Origin: Picochlorum sp. SENEW3
Lineage: Eukaryota
Length of the DNA stretch: 64,000 bases
Assembly: GCA_034226945.1 (NCBI GenBank)
Contig: CP120458.1
Span: 558,001-622,000 of the forward strand
Direction of reading: 5' to 3'
Every line of letters begins with the position of its first letter. The first letter of the stretch is position 1. Shown here piece after piece: positions 23,699 to 35,393 of the stretch. A program made the translations under genes and the position numbers. Under the pieces are notes generated by a model. That model searched no databases. It worked only from the letters and a program-made list of their open reading frames with translations, and was not told the DNA's origin.

Positions 23699-24781
23699 TT
23701 AGGAATTGAGGCCGCATGGAACACTCATTTCACCTCCGTACTGTATGTATAATGCTTTTGCATCCTGGTCTGGATCCACCCTCGTCGTTCTGCCGTACGA
23801 GGCGTGATTCCGGTAATAAATCTCAAGTGTGGACGGCAAAACTGCAAAGCGAACTCCTAAACTGCAGCATTTGATCCATAAATGATAATCCGAGTAGGGG
23901 GAGACTTCAGGATCAAAGTAGCCACATTGTCTGTGAATGCTCTTCCTCCACATAGGACTGTTGTGGGGGAAGTTATGGGGTTGTCCATCATTTTGGAAAA
24001 AGGAATTTGTATCGATATTCTGGTCGGAGAGATATCCAAACCATATCGTCCTTTCTTGTAACGGCTGAGCGTGATATTCTTCCCACGAACATAATGAACC
24101 AACGACAGCAACCGCACTACTAACAACGCTAATTTGGCTGTGCATATTCAAAAATTTGATCTTCGTCTCCCAGGAAAAAGGATCTCTTGAGTCATCCATG
24201 TTGACATTTGTTAAATACCGTCCGGACGCATACGTCTGAATAAGAATGTTCCAACAACTATATAATCCAGGATCCCGGCTCAAAATCAAGACTTTAGCAT
24301 TTGGGTAACTTGAAATAAATTTATCTAATGTGTGTAAGAGATCAGGCCTCAGATTATGGATGTAGCGTTTGTCGGTAACCATGAGGATCTCTGTTTCACA
24401 AGGCACCTTGGAACAGAATATCGATTGGCCAATGAGTCCATCCAAAAGATGCCTCAAATACTTATTGGGATCACTAAAGAGTGAAATCATGACTGAAAGT
24501 TCCACATTGTCTATATCCCTTGGTACTCCTTGTGTGCAAAGCAACCCATCTGGACTTGTGACCCCTTTGCAAGATGCTAGCTTGAAGTATTCCTGTTTCT
24601 TCAGCCTCTTGTTTCCCCATTGAGCTTCTTGATATCTCTGCCCATTTACAAATATCCAGAACAGTAATAAAGCTGCCACAGATACCACAATGTACACACC
24701 TTTTCTTCTTCCTGTGTAGAATTTGGAAAAATACTCGTTCAGATACATGAAACTCATTTTCCCTCTTCCTCGATGAGCCAT
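23699..24781 (-). CDS. GT-A fold family-2-like glycosyltransferase with N-terminal membrane anchor, intronless
   Basis: TM segment VYIVVSVAALLLFWIFV; motifs SVMISLF, DPGLYSCWN, YLTNVNMDD (DxD-like), PMWRKSIH, SDYHLW. Confidence 0.8.
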   Translation of the reverse strand: MAHRGRGKMSFMYLNEYFSKFYTGRRKGVYIVVSVAALLLFWIFVNGQRYQEAQWGNKRLKKQEYFKLASCKGVTSPDGLLCTQGVPRDIDNVELSVMISLFSDPNKYLRHLLDGLIGQSIFCSKVPCETEILMVTDKRYIHNLRPDLLHTLDKFISSYPNAKVLILSRDPGLYSCWNILIQTYASGRYLTNVNMDDSRDPFSWETKIKFLNMHSQISVVSSAVAVVGSLCSWEEYHAQPLQERTIWFGYLSDQNIDTNSFFQNDGQPHNFPHNSPMWRKSIHRQCGYFDPEVSPYSDYHLWIKCCSLGVRFAVLPSTLEIYYRNHASYGRTTRVDPDQDAKALYIQYGGEMSVPCGLNS

Positions 24782-25228
24782 GATGCTTTTATTTGTATGT
24801 ATGTACAGTAAAAAATTTAAATTTCGTTTAACGAAGGCCGCTCTTAATTGATTCTGCTGTTACCGTCTCCACCCGAATGGTTTTCTGCGATTTGAGGCTG
24901 AAATAAAAAATGGTCATTGCTCGAAATCTGTAAGCATTTTGCCAGTTCTAATACCACCATGCGATAGAGCTCGTCAAAAGGAGTCGATTGACGGGGTTTC
25001 GGGGCCAAACTCGACCATGAGGCATCGTGGCCGCCCAGAGCCAATCCGATGACCAGCTGACTACTCGGCAAAATTTTAAATTCACATGTCATGCCATAGA
25101 ATACCCAAACACTAGTTCAATAACCGTATATATGTCCATATAATTGTATAGCATATCCAATATGTCAATCAACGTTCACCTAGAGGTCGTTGTTACGGAC
25201 ACAGACGGAGTGACACGCCTCTGGCAGT

Positions 25229-25668
25229 CAGGGTTTCCATTTTTGGCATATTCGTTGCATATCGACCGGCATATTTTTGCCTCTGATCGGACGAGTTGGC
25301 ATATTTGATGGCATATTCGGGGCATATTGATGGTTCCTATCAAATACACGTTTGATGGGATGACGATACATGGGTAGATTGGTTAGATTGAAAGTTGGTT
25401 ACTTTCCCATCGAAGCATGGTTGTGATTGGAGTATATGCCACCCTGAAGGCCCTCGCTAAGCTTGCTGAAGCTACAAAACTGGCTTTTGACTGGAGTTCA
25501 CTCATGAATTCTGGGGAGAGTGCGGGCATATTTGTTGACCATCTGGCATATTTCCAGGGCATATTTTCTGAAATCGGCATATCCAGCGGCATATTTGCCG
25601 AACCAAATATGCCTCGAAAGCTTGATCTGGCATATTTTTGAAGGAATATGCCAAAAATGGAAACCCTG
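25229..25668. mobile_element. hAT-type MITE (440 bp)
   Basis: TIRs CAGGGTTTCCATTTTTGGCATATTC / GAATATGCCAAAAATGGAAACCCTG; perfect 8-bp TSD CTGGCAGT (25221-25228, 25669-25676); many internal GGCATATT motifs. Confidence 0.92.
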
Positions 25669-26030
25669 CTGGCAGTCTTTGGTCCGAGGTTTCGACTTGC
25701 AGAATACCCTCCAAGACGTTTTCTACCGACACGATGCGGAAAAAACGGATATTAAACATAAAATCATGCAGTTCTGGAAATCTAGACGGGAGGACAGTCC
25801 TTTGAACAAGGTGAGAATTGTGTGACATGCTCTGCAGAGCAGACGTCTGCCAAATTTCCATCTGAAAAGTTCTCGAAGGACGTTTGGAGGGTGAATGGCC
25901 GCAGTGCAAGCTTACAGTAGACGGCACGCAAAAAGAAATGGATGCACTCCTTGCCCACTCTCCAACCATGGCCTCAACCTTCGCCGCAGCGAGAAGCATT
26001 GCTATCAAATAACGATATACATTTAAAATA

Positions 26031-28900
26031 CTAGTTTGACCCGTTTGGCAAGGGTCTTTTGCAGGCATCGCTTCGCTCGCCTGTCAGGTCGGTCGCCCGA
26101 AGGGCTCCCTCTGTCGCTGCGCGGCTGTGTCGGTTAGATGGAACGTTAACGTTTACATAGTCATGATGGCGGTCTGCCCCGAAGATCATAAAAGAAGGCT
26201 GGTATCGCTTCGCTCTCCAGCCCAATCGCAGGCCTGGCGGCCTTGCAATAACAAATAGGCCTCGCTCCGCTCGGCCAACTCAATGTAACCGGTATCACAT
26301 ACCAGAGACATGCCAGGCTACCAGGCATATGGGTACTAAAAAAACCTGGCATCGCTTCGCTCGCCAGCCAGTTCGCAGGCCTTACGGCCTCCCGAACACA
26401 TATAAATAAGAAACAAACAAATATAGAAAGGGCTCGCGTTGCTCGCCAAACCTAATAAAGACCCCAGCCGTTGGCTGGAAAGGACCAAGAATTCATTACA
26501 TGGAGTGAAAGAATAAAGAAACAGAAACAAATAAAAGAGGGATGTTAGAGAGTGTGGCACCCTGAGAGTGTGACGATGTCTTCCCTGTCAGTTTAAGGAA
26601 GAGGTTGTGTCCTCCGGCCTCGTCAGGATCCCTTAAACCGGGGCCTCACTGCGTTCGGCACGGGCGGGATCCTTCCTCACCCATCGGCCACCTGGATGTT
26701 GCTGTTGAGTGCCTGTGGCGGGCCTCCGCAAGCACACAGTTGCAAACTGGTAAGGAATCCTTGTTCGAAGTTCCTGGCATGGCCGGGCACCATCCTCCCA
26801 GCGCGTCCGAGGTGGGTTTGGTGATACTGCATGACCATGTAGACACTGTCTTCGAGGAAAACAGCTGACATTGCTTTGCTCTCGAACCACTGGCATGGAA
26901 GGACACAAACATTGCTGCAGTATGAGTGAAACGAAAAATGAATGGCATCGCTGCGCCCGCCATCACTATCGCTCGCCTGAAGGCATTGCGATCAAATATG
27001 TGGAGAATATAGGCCAATATAGCTCGCTGTGCTCGGCCAAAAGAATTGTAGTTTCTGCCATCAGCCATGGATAAATGAAAGGAGCAGGATGAAGTAAAGA
27101 AGTGCCTAATGGTTGGTAGCAGAATGTGTATATGCAATATATATATAAGGCTTGCTGCGCTCGCCCACAAAAAACAGAATACTTCCTCAGCCCTGCACCT
27201 CTGGAGGATGCTGTCATGGAAGAACACAAACATGGCCTGCTCCCATGCATGGAAAAACTAAAATGGCATCGCTGCGCCCGCCATCACTATCGCTCGCCTG
27301 AAGGTATCGGGATCAAATAGATATAGAACTATACGCCTCGCTGCGCTCGGCCAAAAGCATCATCGATTCTGGCATTCACCTATGGGTAGAATCGAGGAGC
27401 AGCATAAAGAATAAAGCACGGATCTGTTGTAGACCAATGCTAGTGCTTGCTGGCAGAATGTATCTATATGCGATACATGCATAATAAGGCTCGCTGCGCT
27501 CGCCCACAAAACCAAAATACTTCCTCAGCCCTGCACCTTTGGAGGAGGATGCTAGCCTCACTGCCTCATATTCTGTCGATGTTTATATGTATGATATTAC
27601 ATCAACGCCCCCGGGGTTTACTTTAGTAAGTCGACCACTCGAAATTTAACTGTGTAACCCCATTCTGGGGGGAATGACGCACCCAGGCACCCAATGTCTG
27701 ATCAATCCTACCCAGGCCATCGAATGCGTCCACTTTGTCACTATAATTTTGAAATCCCAGTCTACCGCGTTCTTCAAGATGATCACGACTTCAAAACCCC
27801 GGGGATATGTCACACATGACCCCAGCCTCTGTACATTATCCAGGACTTTATAGGCAGGCTGCAACCCCTAACCTGTCCTAAAGATTCATTCCAATTACGC
27901 CACTTGAGCGATGGCGCACTCTCTCGGGGACATAGTACCAATTCGATGGATCTATTCGTTGTCCATACCACATATGTACAGGGCCGCTGCGTTGTTTCTC
28001 CATGCTGTGGTCCAAGTTGTCGAATCCTTCACCTATTCCCGCGCAGTGTTGTGTAACATGCACCCTTGACAGGTACATGCCATTTCGAACTGTTTTGCGT
28101 CGTGTTCTGCACCCCAGAGATGTAGGATAAAGGAAGGCAAAATCGCTCGAGATGGATTTTACCAGCTGCTTCTCAGAGGCCTTCGCTATACAGAACGATC
28201 CTCTGAATCAGGTATCCTGTTGACAGTATCGTACTCGTGGGTTCACCTCGTCATGAGAATGACTTCAAAAGATGGAAGATGCATCACATGGCTCCAACCG
28301 AACTCCGTAATCCACACTGTGCGTCTTTCACAGGCAAGCTGCACTGGTCCAACATGTTGCTGCAGGCAGGAGTCGCCAAGGGAACGTGAGCGATGGCACG
28401 TCAGTTCCCTCATCGCAATCATATCGATCACATGATCCTATACGGAGACATTGGCAGCGTCCCGTTTGCAGGGCACAGCCCGGTGTCCCTTCTGAGAAGA
28501 AATGTGCGGAATTTGTTGTCGTCACTTCACCGGAGAGGCGTCTTGTCCCAGGGCGACAGCGGTCAAAAGGCCCAATTTGCGACGAAACATCCTTTCACAT
28601 TGGAGTTTGCCGTCGTAAGGACTGCAGGAAGTCAAGCATGGAGACAGAAGGGACCGTGGAACAACGCTCGAAATCGACACTCTCGGTCGGTCAGCAGGCC
28701 CCGCCAATGGGGACCGTTACATCTATGTTGAGGCCGGGCCGAAATTTCGCGAAATTTTCTCGCTGGATCAGGCCCTAAAGAAGCCCGAACAGGCTGGAGA
28801 ATGGTTTCTGCCAAAAAACAGGAGGTTTGTTGGGCAAGAGAACACGTGAGGGGGCTCTCAGGCGCGGACCCACGGCGTCAAAGTGGGCAAATTCGCCGAA
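26031..28900 (-). mobile_element. non-autonomous Helitron, copy 1 (slightly 5'-truncated)
   Basis: Highly similar inverted copy at ~61396-64000. Minus-strand 3' end is a GACCC..GGGTC hairpin followed by AAACTAG|T at 26031. Confidence 0.7.
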
Positions 28901-29161
28901 TATTCGGCTGGGGGAACTGCGCTTCTCATACAACATCTACACGCAGATCATTTTGAGAGCCACAAATGGCAAGATAGAGCTGTCACATTATTTGGATCAG
29001 GACTTGGATTTATTGACCGAAGTGAATGATGGGTGTAAGCTCATTAAGCTTTATATCAAGCTCGAACTTGATTGCACCATAAGAGCTGCACAAGTTTCTG
29101 GTCCAGGCAGTCTATTGGTTTCTCAGACCACTTCGGATGCGTTCACCGTATTGATGAACAA

Positions 29162-30079
29162 TCAAAGAGTAGAATGTGCTTTACGGAGACCTTGGATTGG
29201 ACGTGGCCATGGTGTGTTGTCCTGTGGTGATGCCATGGCTAGACCCAGCAGTTTGGACAAGTTCACCTTGGATATGTGCTTGTCTGGGTTATATGACCGA
29301 TGTAGTGGATTTTGAGAGGACTTATAGGTGTGTGGAACGACCACGGATCGAGGGAATTGGCGTATGGAGTCTAACAGCACAGAGTGGAGCTCATCAGTCA
29401 CGGGAATGTGGGCTCCACCCTTCCTGTGTGACACCTTGTCGTGCTGGATCAGAATGACAGCCTTGTCTGGCGTGAGCACAAGATGATTTTCTTCTGGAGA
29501 TACTTTCTCAACGCTATCAATGATGGAAAGCGCCGCCCAATCTGCTCGGAGCGGTGGCTGCATGGTGTACAAGCACATGGCAAACCATTGCCAGTAGTCA
29601 GTAGTGTTTGCTGGGTCGCTATCGATCCTGCGTTTGATTGCATCCCTACGAAAGCAGATCTCTTGGAATGTTTTGAAGTCTTTGCCTTGGATGTTGTGGG
29701 CTGTTTCTTGAGTGGCTTGGATGCGTAACTCGTTGGCTTCCTGTCTCCACTTATCTGTGGTGGGGTGATGCAGTCCAAGCTCCTTTCTCAGGACGGAAAC
29801 CACGGGGAGCATCATGGACGACAAGACAGATATATTGGTATACGTTTGTTTCATGTAGCGGTATACTTCTTCAATGTTGGGTATGAGCCACAAGGAGTAC
29901 TGTTGGACCTTGGCAGCATCAATCTTTGACCGTTTCTTGAGGCCATGCATGACTCTATAGAGCGTTTCCAATTTGGTTCTGTACGATCGCACATCCCAAG
30001 GATTGTCGACATAAAGTTGTGTTGTTCTCATACATGGAGGAAGAGATAAAAATTTTGGAAATTTTACGCACTGGATCAC
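29162..30079 (-). pseudogene. tyrosine recombinase (PLV/NCLDV-like), C-terminally truncated
   Basis: LYTMQPPLRADW (catalytic Arg I), IQHDKVSHRKG (Lys), IQGLRKAHST (H-x-x-R box variant). Stop occurs before the expected H/W..Y motif. Confidence 0.65.
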
Positions 30080-30234
30080 TCAATGGACGGTACATGTTTG
30101 GCCGAGGCTTCCTTGGTTGCAGTTGGGAGCAACCATTGTATTTGTCAAAGTAACGTTGGAGAGGCCACTAACGTTACTATGTCGACCTTGAGCGATGACC
30201 ATCACTTATCCAGTGAAATGGGAAACTGCTTACC

Positions 30235-32766
30235 ATGGAAATACCGTACGAAGTCGATCCTGAGACAGGAGAATACAAAGTGCCATCAGACGAAGTGCTT
30301 GCCATGCTGCACAACATTATTGTGCAAAAAAACCAGCATTCATGCAGCTCTCAATGTCGCTTGCATGGCGAATGTAGATATGGGTTTCCATTTCCTGCAC
30401 AGTATTCACATACACCTGTCCTTTGCCCAAAATCAAAGAGGTATTTGCCATACTGCCCAGGGTACAGACATAGAAACACAGTCTGTTACGTTCCTATGAT
30501 TGCCTTGCTGTGGAATGCTCATACAAATGTTGTGCGAGTCACAAATGATAATCTAAGCTACTACTTACTCAAGTACACTGCTAAGGCAGAGCCTGCTGGA
30601 TCGTTAATGGTGGAGCCAGATGCCATGCATTCCCTGACAGTGCCAGATTGTTCTGAAATCACCAGGAGAATACTAACTGACGTAGTGTATAGCAAACCAG
30701 TCAGTGTTTCTGAGGCTGCCTTAAACATGCTTGGCATTGATGTTATTTCATTCAGTGATCAGGTAGTCTTTGTCAACTCATGTATTCCTTCTCAACGAAC
30801 TTCAGCAGAATCGGTCATTACCAGACGGGGCAAAGACGCTTTTACCCTTGATCAAATTTCAGCTTACTGTGACCGACCTCCGCACATGGAATCTCTCACA
30901 ATTGTTCAATTTTATGAGCAGTATGACGTTGTACCGCGAAAACAAAGCACACGTCAAGAAGGAACGTTCGTTGTCATGCATAATAAGCAAATTGTCAAGC
31001 GCTCCAAACAGGCTATTGTCAGGCTCTCCAGATATGCTCCAGGAAGCGAAGATCCAGAGGGTTTTTTCTTCAACGTCTTGTTGCAGACACAAACATTTCG
31101 AAGGGAAAATGAACTGCTTGGACGTGATAGCACATATTACGGTAAGTGCATCGAGCTTGGGCTTTCAGACACAACCATACGTCTGCGCCACATGCTGGAA
31201 ACACACTACATGAACATGCTAGCATCAGAATTCAACCTGGATAAAGATTGTCAGTTTATTTATGATCATTACGAGAATCAAACTGGTGTAGAAACCCATA
31301 CACCCGTATACCCATGTCCAACAAACCACCATAGCGATGATGTACCAGTCCTTACACATGATCAGCAACAGGCATTTGACCATATCAAGCGGAATCCTTC
31401 TGGCTTCCATGTCATTCAGGGTGGGCCAGGCTGCGGAAAGAGCTTTATTATCAATCATATTCATCAATACTTTCACTCGATGAACAAAAATGTAGTGCTG
31501 TGTGCTAGCACTGCAATTGCAGCTGTCAACATACACGGCCAAACCATAGACCGTGTTGTTGCTTTGGAAAGGTCAGGAGAAAAACGCACCAATATCAATT
31601 TTCGAAACAAAGCCTATCTATATTGCAAGCACGCTGATGTTATCATTGTCGATGAAGCCTTTATGCTGACTGCATCAAAATTGGATATTTGCAACAAGAG
31701 AATTCTCAACTGTGGTGATATGGTTGAAGAAGATCAAATAGCTCAAAAGCTCTTCATTTTTGTCGGCGACAGCAACCAACTTCCACCAATATGCCAGCAC
31801 AAGTCAAGAAATGACAATCAGCTCATGCAAACTTGCAGAGTCTGCAACATTATGAACAGCGAATTCGGCAAGTATACCTGGCACATTCACAACCTATCTA
31901 CCTCGTGCAGATTTACCAGTGACCCTAAATGGGGAGAATTCATCCTAGGGTTAGTATCCAATAACACGCCGCCCAGCCGTGAGCAAATTAAACAATTGTT
32001 TTCATCCAAAGTTCTCCCTCAAGATCAGTGGTTGCCATTCCTCATAGATAATCCAGATGCCATCTCCATCCACGCAAAGAATGACAATGCCTTGGAATTA
32101 GGGGAACGCTTGCTAGTCCATAAGTGTCAAACAGCTGGTATACCTGTATTTGACATTACTCCTACATTCCGTATACTGTCTGGAACTCCACCCCACTCAG
32201 ATGACTTGATAGCCAAAGTAAAGGAATCCTTCAGTCATGACCTGCCAAAGATTCATTGCATGCGCAAGATAGCAATTGGCACAAAAGTTATATTCTCTAA
32301 AAATCAGGATTTCGACAAGGGACTCATCAACGGAGCGGTTGGAAGTATTGTGTCTGTTGCATACAAGAATCCTAATAAGCCAAACAGGTTAAAGCAAACA
32401 GATTATGTCACTACACCTTTGCATTCAGAAGACATGATTCCCTGGGCTCTTAAAGTGTACGTCAAAGCTACCAAACGAACGGTCACTCTGTATGCCCAGG
32501 AGGATGTCAGATATCTCAGTAATGGCTTCAAGTATGCTACACGACAGTTTCCCATTATGCCAGCCTCATCATTCACTGCTCACAAAGCTCAGGGGAAAAC
32601 CATCAAAACCAAAGTGCTACTGGATATACGAGACATCTTTCAGGAAGGGCAGCTGTTCGTCATGCTAAGCCGAGTAACCACACTGCATCAGATCTACTTG
32701 ACCAAATTACCCACGCCAGACCTTTTCAAAGTTTCACCCATTTCTCAATGTGACATCAATCAATAG
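30235..32766 (+). CDS. Helitron RepHel: C-terminal Rep plus PIF1-family SF1 helicase (N-terminal HUH motifs missing)
   Basis: HSC..C...CRYGFP, YYLLKYTAKAEP (Rep motif III), GGPGCGKS (Walker A), IIVDEAFM, VGDSNQLPP, FTAHKAQGKT, QLFVMLSRV. Confidence 0.9.
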   Translation: MEIPYEVDPETGEYKVPSDEVLAMLHNIIVQKNQHSCSSQCRLHGECRYGFPFPAQYSHTPVLCPKSKRYLPYCPGYRHRNTVCYVPMIALLWNAHTNVVRVTNDNLSYYLLKYTAKAEPAGSLMVEPDAMHSLTVPDCSEITRRILTDVVYSKPVSVSEAALNMLGIDVISFSDQVVFVNSCIPSQRTSAESVITRRGKDAFTLDQISAYCDRPPHMESLTIVQFYEQYDVVPRKQSTRQEGTFVVMHNKQIVKRSKQAIVRLSRYAPGSEDPEGFFFNVLLQTQTFRRENELLGRDSTYYGKCIELGLSDTTIRLRHMLETHYMNMLASEFNLDKDCQFIYDHYENQTGVETHTPVYPCPTNHHSDDVPVLTHDQQQAFDHIKRNPSGFHVIQGGPGCGKSFIINHIHQYFHSMNKNVVLCASTAIAAVNIHGQTIDRVVALERSGEKRTNINFRNKAYLYCKHADVIIVDEAFMLTASKLDICNKRILNCGDMVEEDQIAQKLFIFVGDSNQLPPICQHKSRNDNQLMQTCRVCNIMNSEFGKYTWHIHNLSTSCRFTSDPKWGEFILGLVSNNTPPSREQIKQLFSSKVLPQDQWLPFLIDNPDAISIHAKNDNALELGERLLVHKCQTAGIPVFDITPTFRILSGTPPHSDDLIAKVKESFSHDLPKIHCMRKIAIGTKVIFSKNQDFDKGLINGAVGSIVSVAYKNPNKPNRLKQTDYVTTPLHSEDMIPWALKVYVKATKRTVTLYAQEDVRYLSNGFKYATRQFPIMPASSFTAHKAQGKTIKTKVLLDIRDIFQEGQLFVMLSRVTTLHQIYLTKLPTPDLFKVSPISQCDINQ

Positions 32767-33251
32767 CCTCCATCATGTAACTTCACAAATACCTTTCTCA
32801 TTACTTCATTAGTAACTAGTCTGGTAAATATAAACGTGCTACTTATCTCATACTTGCCTTGCAAGTATATCAGAATGTCCTTGTCTACATTCCTGCAATA
32901 CTTCCTGAACATTTCTTCAGTGCTTGCCTTGTCAACTGCCTCTCTCACATCAACACCGTGATACTCTAGTGCATCAAGTAATACACCATTTGGCTGGCAC
33001 CCTCCGTTCAATTTCCCTTGCACTGACGCAACAAACCTCAAGTACTCTTGATGCTTTTTGAAGCAGTGCAGTTTCGACGGACGGTACCCCGCAATTACTG
33101 CCTGCAATCTCTCACTACTGCTCAAACTAAATAGTTTACTCACAGGTTCATCAATGCTGTCATCAATTTGTCTACCAAGCAACTGCAATACTTGACCCTC
33201 TCGCCATGCAACGCGCTTTTCGTATGCTTCGCGTAATTGCATTACCGTCAT
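32760..33251 (-). CDS. hypothetical protein, convergent with RepHel, probably inside the Helitron
   Basis: 163-aa ORF overlapping the helicase stop and lying before the 3' hairpin. Confidence 0.5.
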   Translation of the reverse strand: MTVMQLREAYEKRVAWREGQVLQLLGRQIDDSIDEPVSKLFSLSSSERLQAVIAGYRPSKLHCFKKHQEYLRFVASVQGKLNGGCQPNGVLLDALEYHGVDVREAVDKASTEEMFRKYCRNVDKDILIYLQGKYEISSTFIFTRLVTNEVMRKVFVKLHDGGY

Positions 33252-33401
33252 ACCATGCCAATTCCTTCTACACTAGTAACATATTATTGCTGTATTACAT
33301 CCTTCGATATGTATAAATGAATCAATCACCCACGCGTTTTCCAAATCTCATCTGTTCCATTATCACCCTGCAACCCTTTACAGCAATCTATTGCCCCAGC
33401 T

Positions 33402-33426
33402 GAAAGGGCGGTCCATCCGCCCTTTC
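33402..33426 (+). terminator. putative Helitron 3' hairpin GAAAGGGCGG-TCCAT-CCGCCCTTTC
   Basis: Perfect 10-bp stem downstream of RepHel; no canonical CTRR follows it. Confidence 0.55.
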
Positions 33427-33959
33427 CATCCAAACATCACTATGTCGATTCAAATGTCATGAGACTCACGTCAATAAGGGGCCCGCGAGAATGTTTCTTT
33501 TTACACGATACTTTACAATTCGATTTATTCATTGCTTTTCCACCAATGATCACCCCTTGTTGTGCCACTGTAGGCACTGGGACGACCATTGGGGAAAAAC
33601 CGTTAACCGTCTGTTGCCAGACGGCGAGTCCTCTCCATTCCACGTCTATTCACACCTGCACCACACATAATTGTCAGTTCTTACCTTTATTAATTGTTTG
33701 GCGACGTGATTGGATGGACTCTATACCTGCAGGCACATATACAAGGGTGGTCGTTAGTGATGGATTGTCGTTGGTCACGCTGCGAGCGAGTCGCTCTGCT
33801 ACGAATTTGGAACTTACATTAGAGTATATTGTTTATTTATTGATACTGTATCATTCTGAGGCTGTATGGGCAGTGCTAAATATTCACTTGGAAAAAACAA
33901 TACCCGTCCAACCCAACCGCACGGCTCACTTGTGCATCTCCAGGGTGCCATGATGTGGG

Positions 33960-35303
33960 TCAATTCTCTTTGTCTTGTGCATCCTCGAGAGGCCTCCGTC
34001 GCCTGGATGTCCCTGTGATATATGTTTTAGCGTATTCGTTGCCACAATCCTGCGTTCGTCGCTGCTTCGCACCACGCTTTGCCCCTGGACGTCTGCTCTT
34101 CAGTTGCTCCACCTCCTTCTGGAGTTCGGCCAACTGTTTCTTGAGGATATCCCTTTCTGCCTTGGCGTCATCCTCTGACTTATCTTTCTTGGAAAGCAGT
34201 TTTTTCAACCGCTTGTTCTCCTCGTGTACATGTTTGACACTGTCGAGTGCTTGCTTGTGTATTTGTTCAGACATGAGAGCTTTAGCCTTCCCGTCGAATT
34301 CAGGATGTTCCTCTCTGACTTTGTCAAGATCGTCGATGATAAGCGAATTCATCTCATTTCCAGAATTTTTCTTGGCCCCTGTAAAGATGAAGGAATACTT
34401 GTCTGGAGAATACCACGCAGGGATCTTTTGTAACACGAAGGGTCTCAGATGCTGCAAGTGCTCTTGGGTGGAAAACCTCTTGTCGCCTTCTGCCGCATGG
34501 TTCAGTCCATCTAGATACTCTCCGATGCAATCGATAAGATATCTTCCAAATTGAAGGTACCAGTGACGATCTGCATCCATGTTTTTCCGGACACCGTCTC
34601 TGACATGTCTGTTGTGATTATTCCGGTGATTTGAGCTGAGGTATGTCATGAGTCTATCTGCTGTGTATGATCTCGAAACCCTGGACAATTCTCCGCATTC
34701 CAGCACAACTTTTTCTTTGCATAACTCGAAAAGGATCTCATGTGCCTTGGGCATGCCTTTTTTCTTGGACAGGTATGCTCGACACTGCTCAAAGTCATTA
34801 TTCACAGGAGACCTGGCCCAGTACTTCATGCATGCCTCGCGAGCGTGTTTCTCTAGATGCGTATCCTCAACAAACATCATTTCTGAACTGTCTCCGATCG
34901 AGACATCGCCTCCCTCATCAACATCTAAGGGAAAAGAGTTGGCAACTTCAGGGGGAGGGCTTGCCTCCAACCACCACAAGATGTCGTCCATTTCCGGGGC
35001 CAGGTAATCCAGATCCACTCGTATTCCCGAGCAATCCTCAGCTTCGATAATAATCTCATTCTGTATTCCCTCCTTCTCTCGAAACGACGCGTTTTGCTTG
35101 AAATAGTCGTCTCCGGGTGCTGCTGACCCGGATGTTTGAATTTCTAGACAGGGACCTTTTCCCGATTTGGGTTTGATTCGAATCATCGAGAGCTTATTTT
35201 GGATATACTGTATATATTCTGCTGGTCCAGAGGGCGAATGGAACCAAAGTGCAGCTCGTCCGCAACATGAGGAATTCAAAATGCCGTACCAATGCATCTG
35301 CAA
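33960..35303 (-). CDS. hypothetical protein with C-terminal coiled coil (probable ATG 35185); divergent CACTA companion
   Basis: Long intact ORF head-to-head with the transposase across ~200 bp. Confidence 0.65.
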   Translation of the reverse strand: MQMHWYGILNSSCCGRAALWFHSPSGPAEYIQYIQNKLSMIRIKPKSGKGPCLEIQTSGSAAPGDDYFKQNASFREKEGIQNEIIIEAEDCSGIRVDLDYLAPEMDDILWWLEASPPPEVANSFPLDVDEGGDVSIGDSSEMMFVEDTHLEKHAREACMKYWARSPVNNDFEQCRAYLSKKKGMPKAHEILFELCKEKVVLECGELSRVSRSYTADRLMTYLSSNHRNNHNRHVRDGVRKNMDADRHWYLQFGRYLIDCIGEYLDGLNHAAEGDKRFSTQEHLQHLRPFVLQKIPAWYSPDKYSFIFTGAKKNSGNEMNSLIIDDLDKVREEHPEFDGKAKALMSEQIHKQALDSVKHVHEENKRLKKLLSKKDKSEDDAKAERDILKKQLAELQKEVEQLKSRRPGAKRGAKQRRTQDCGNEYAKTYITGTSRRRRPLEDAQDKEN

Positions 35304-35393
35304 ACCATCGTGCGAGAGCGACTCCTATCCATTTGCCAACATATCATCACGGCTCGTGTACAATAAAATAATGGTTTTTTGGTTCAATCTCCA

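Noticed and set aside
26060..27510. CRISPR-like array (repeat motif with variable spacers)
   Set aside because: The repeat is only ~16 bp and degenerate, spacing is irregular (tens to hundreds of bp), there are no cas genes, and the context is a eukaryotic Helitron.
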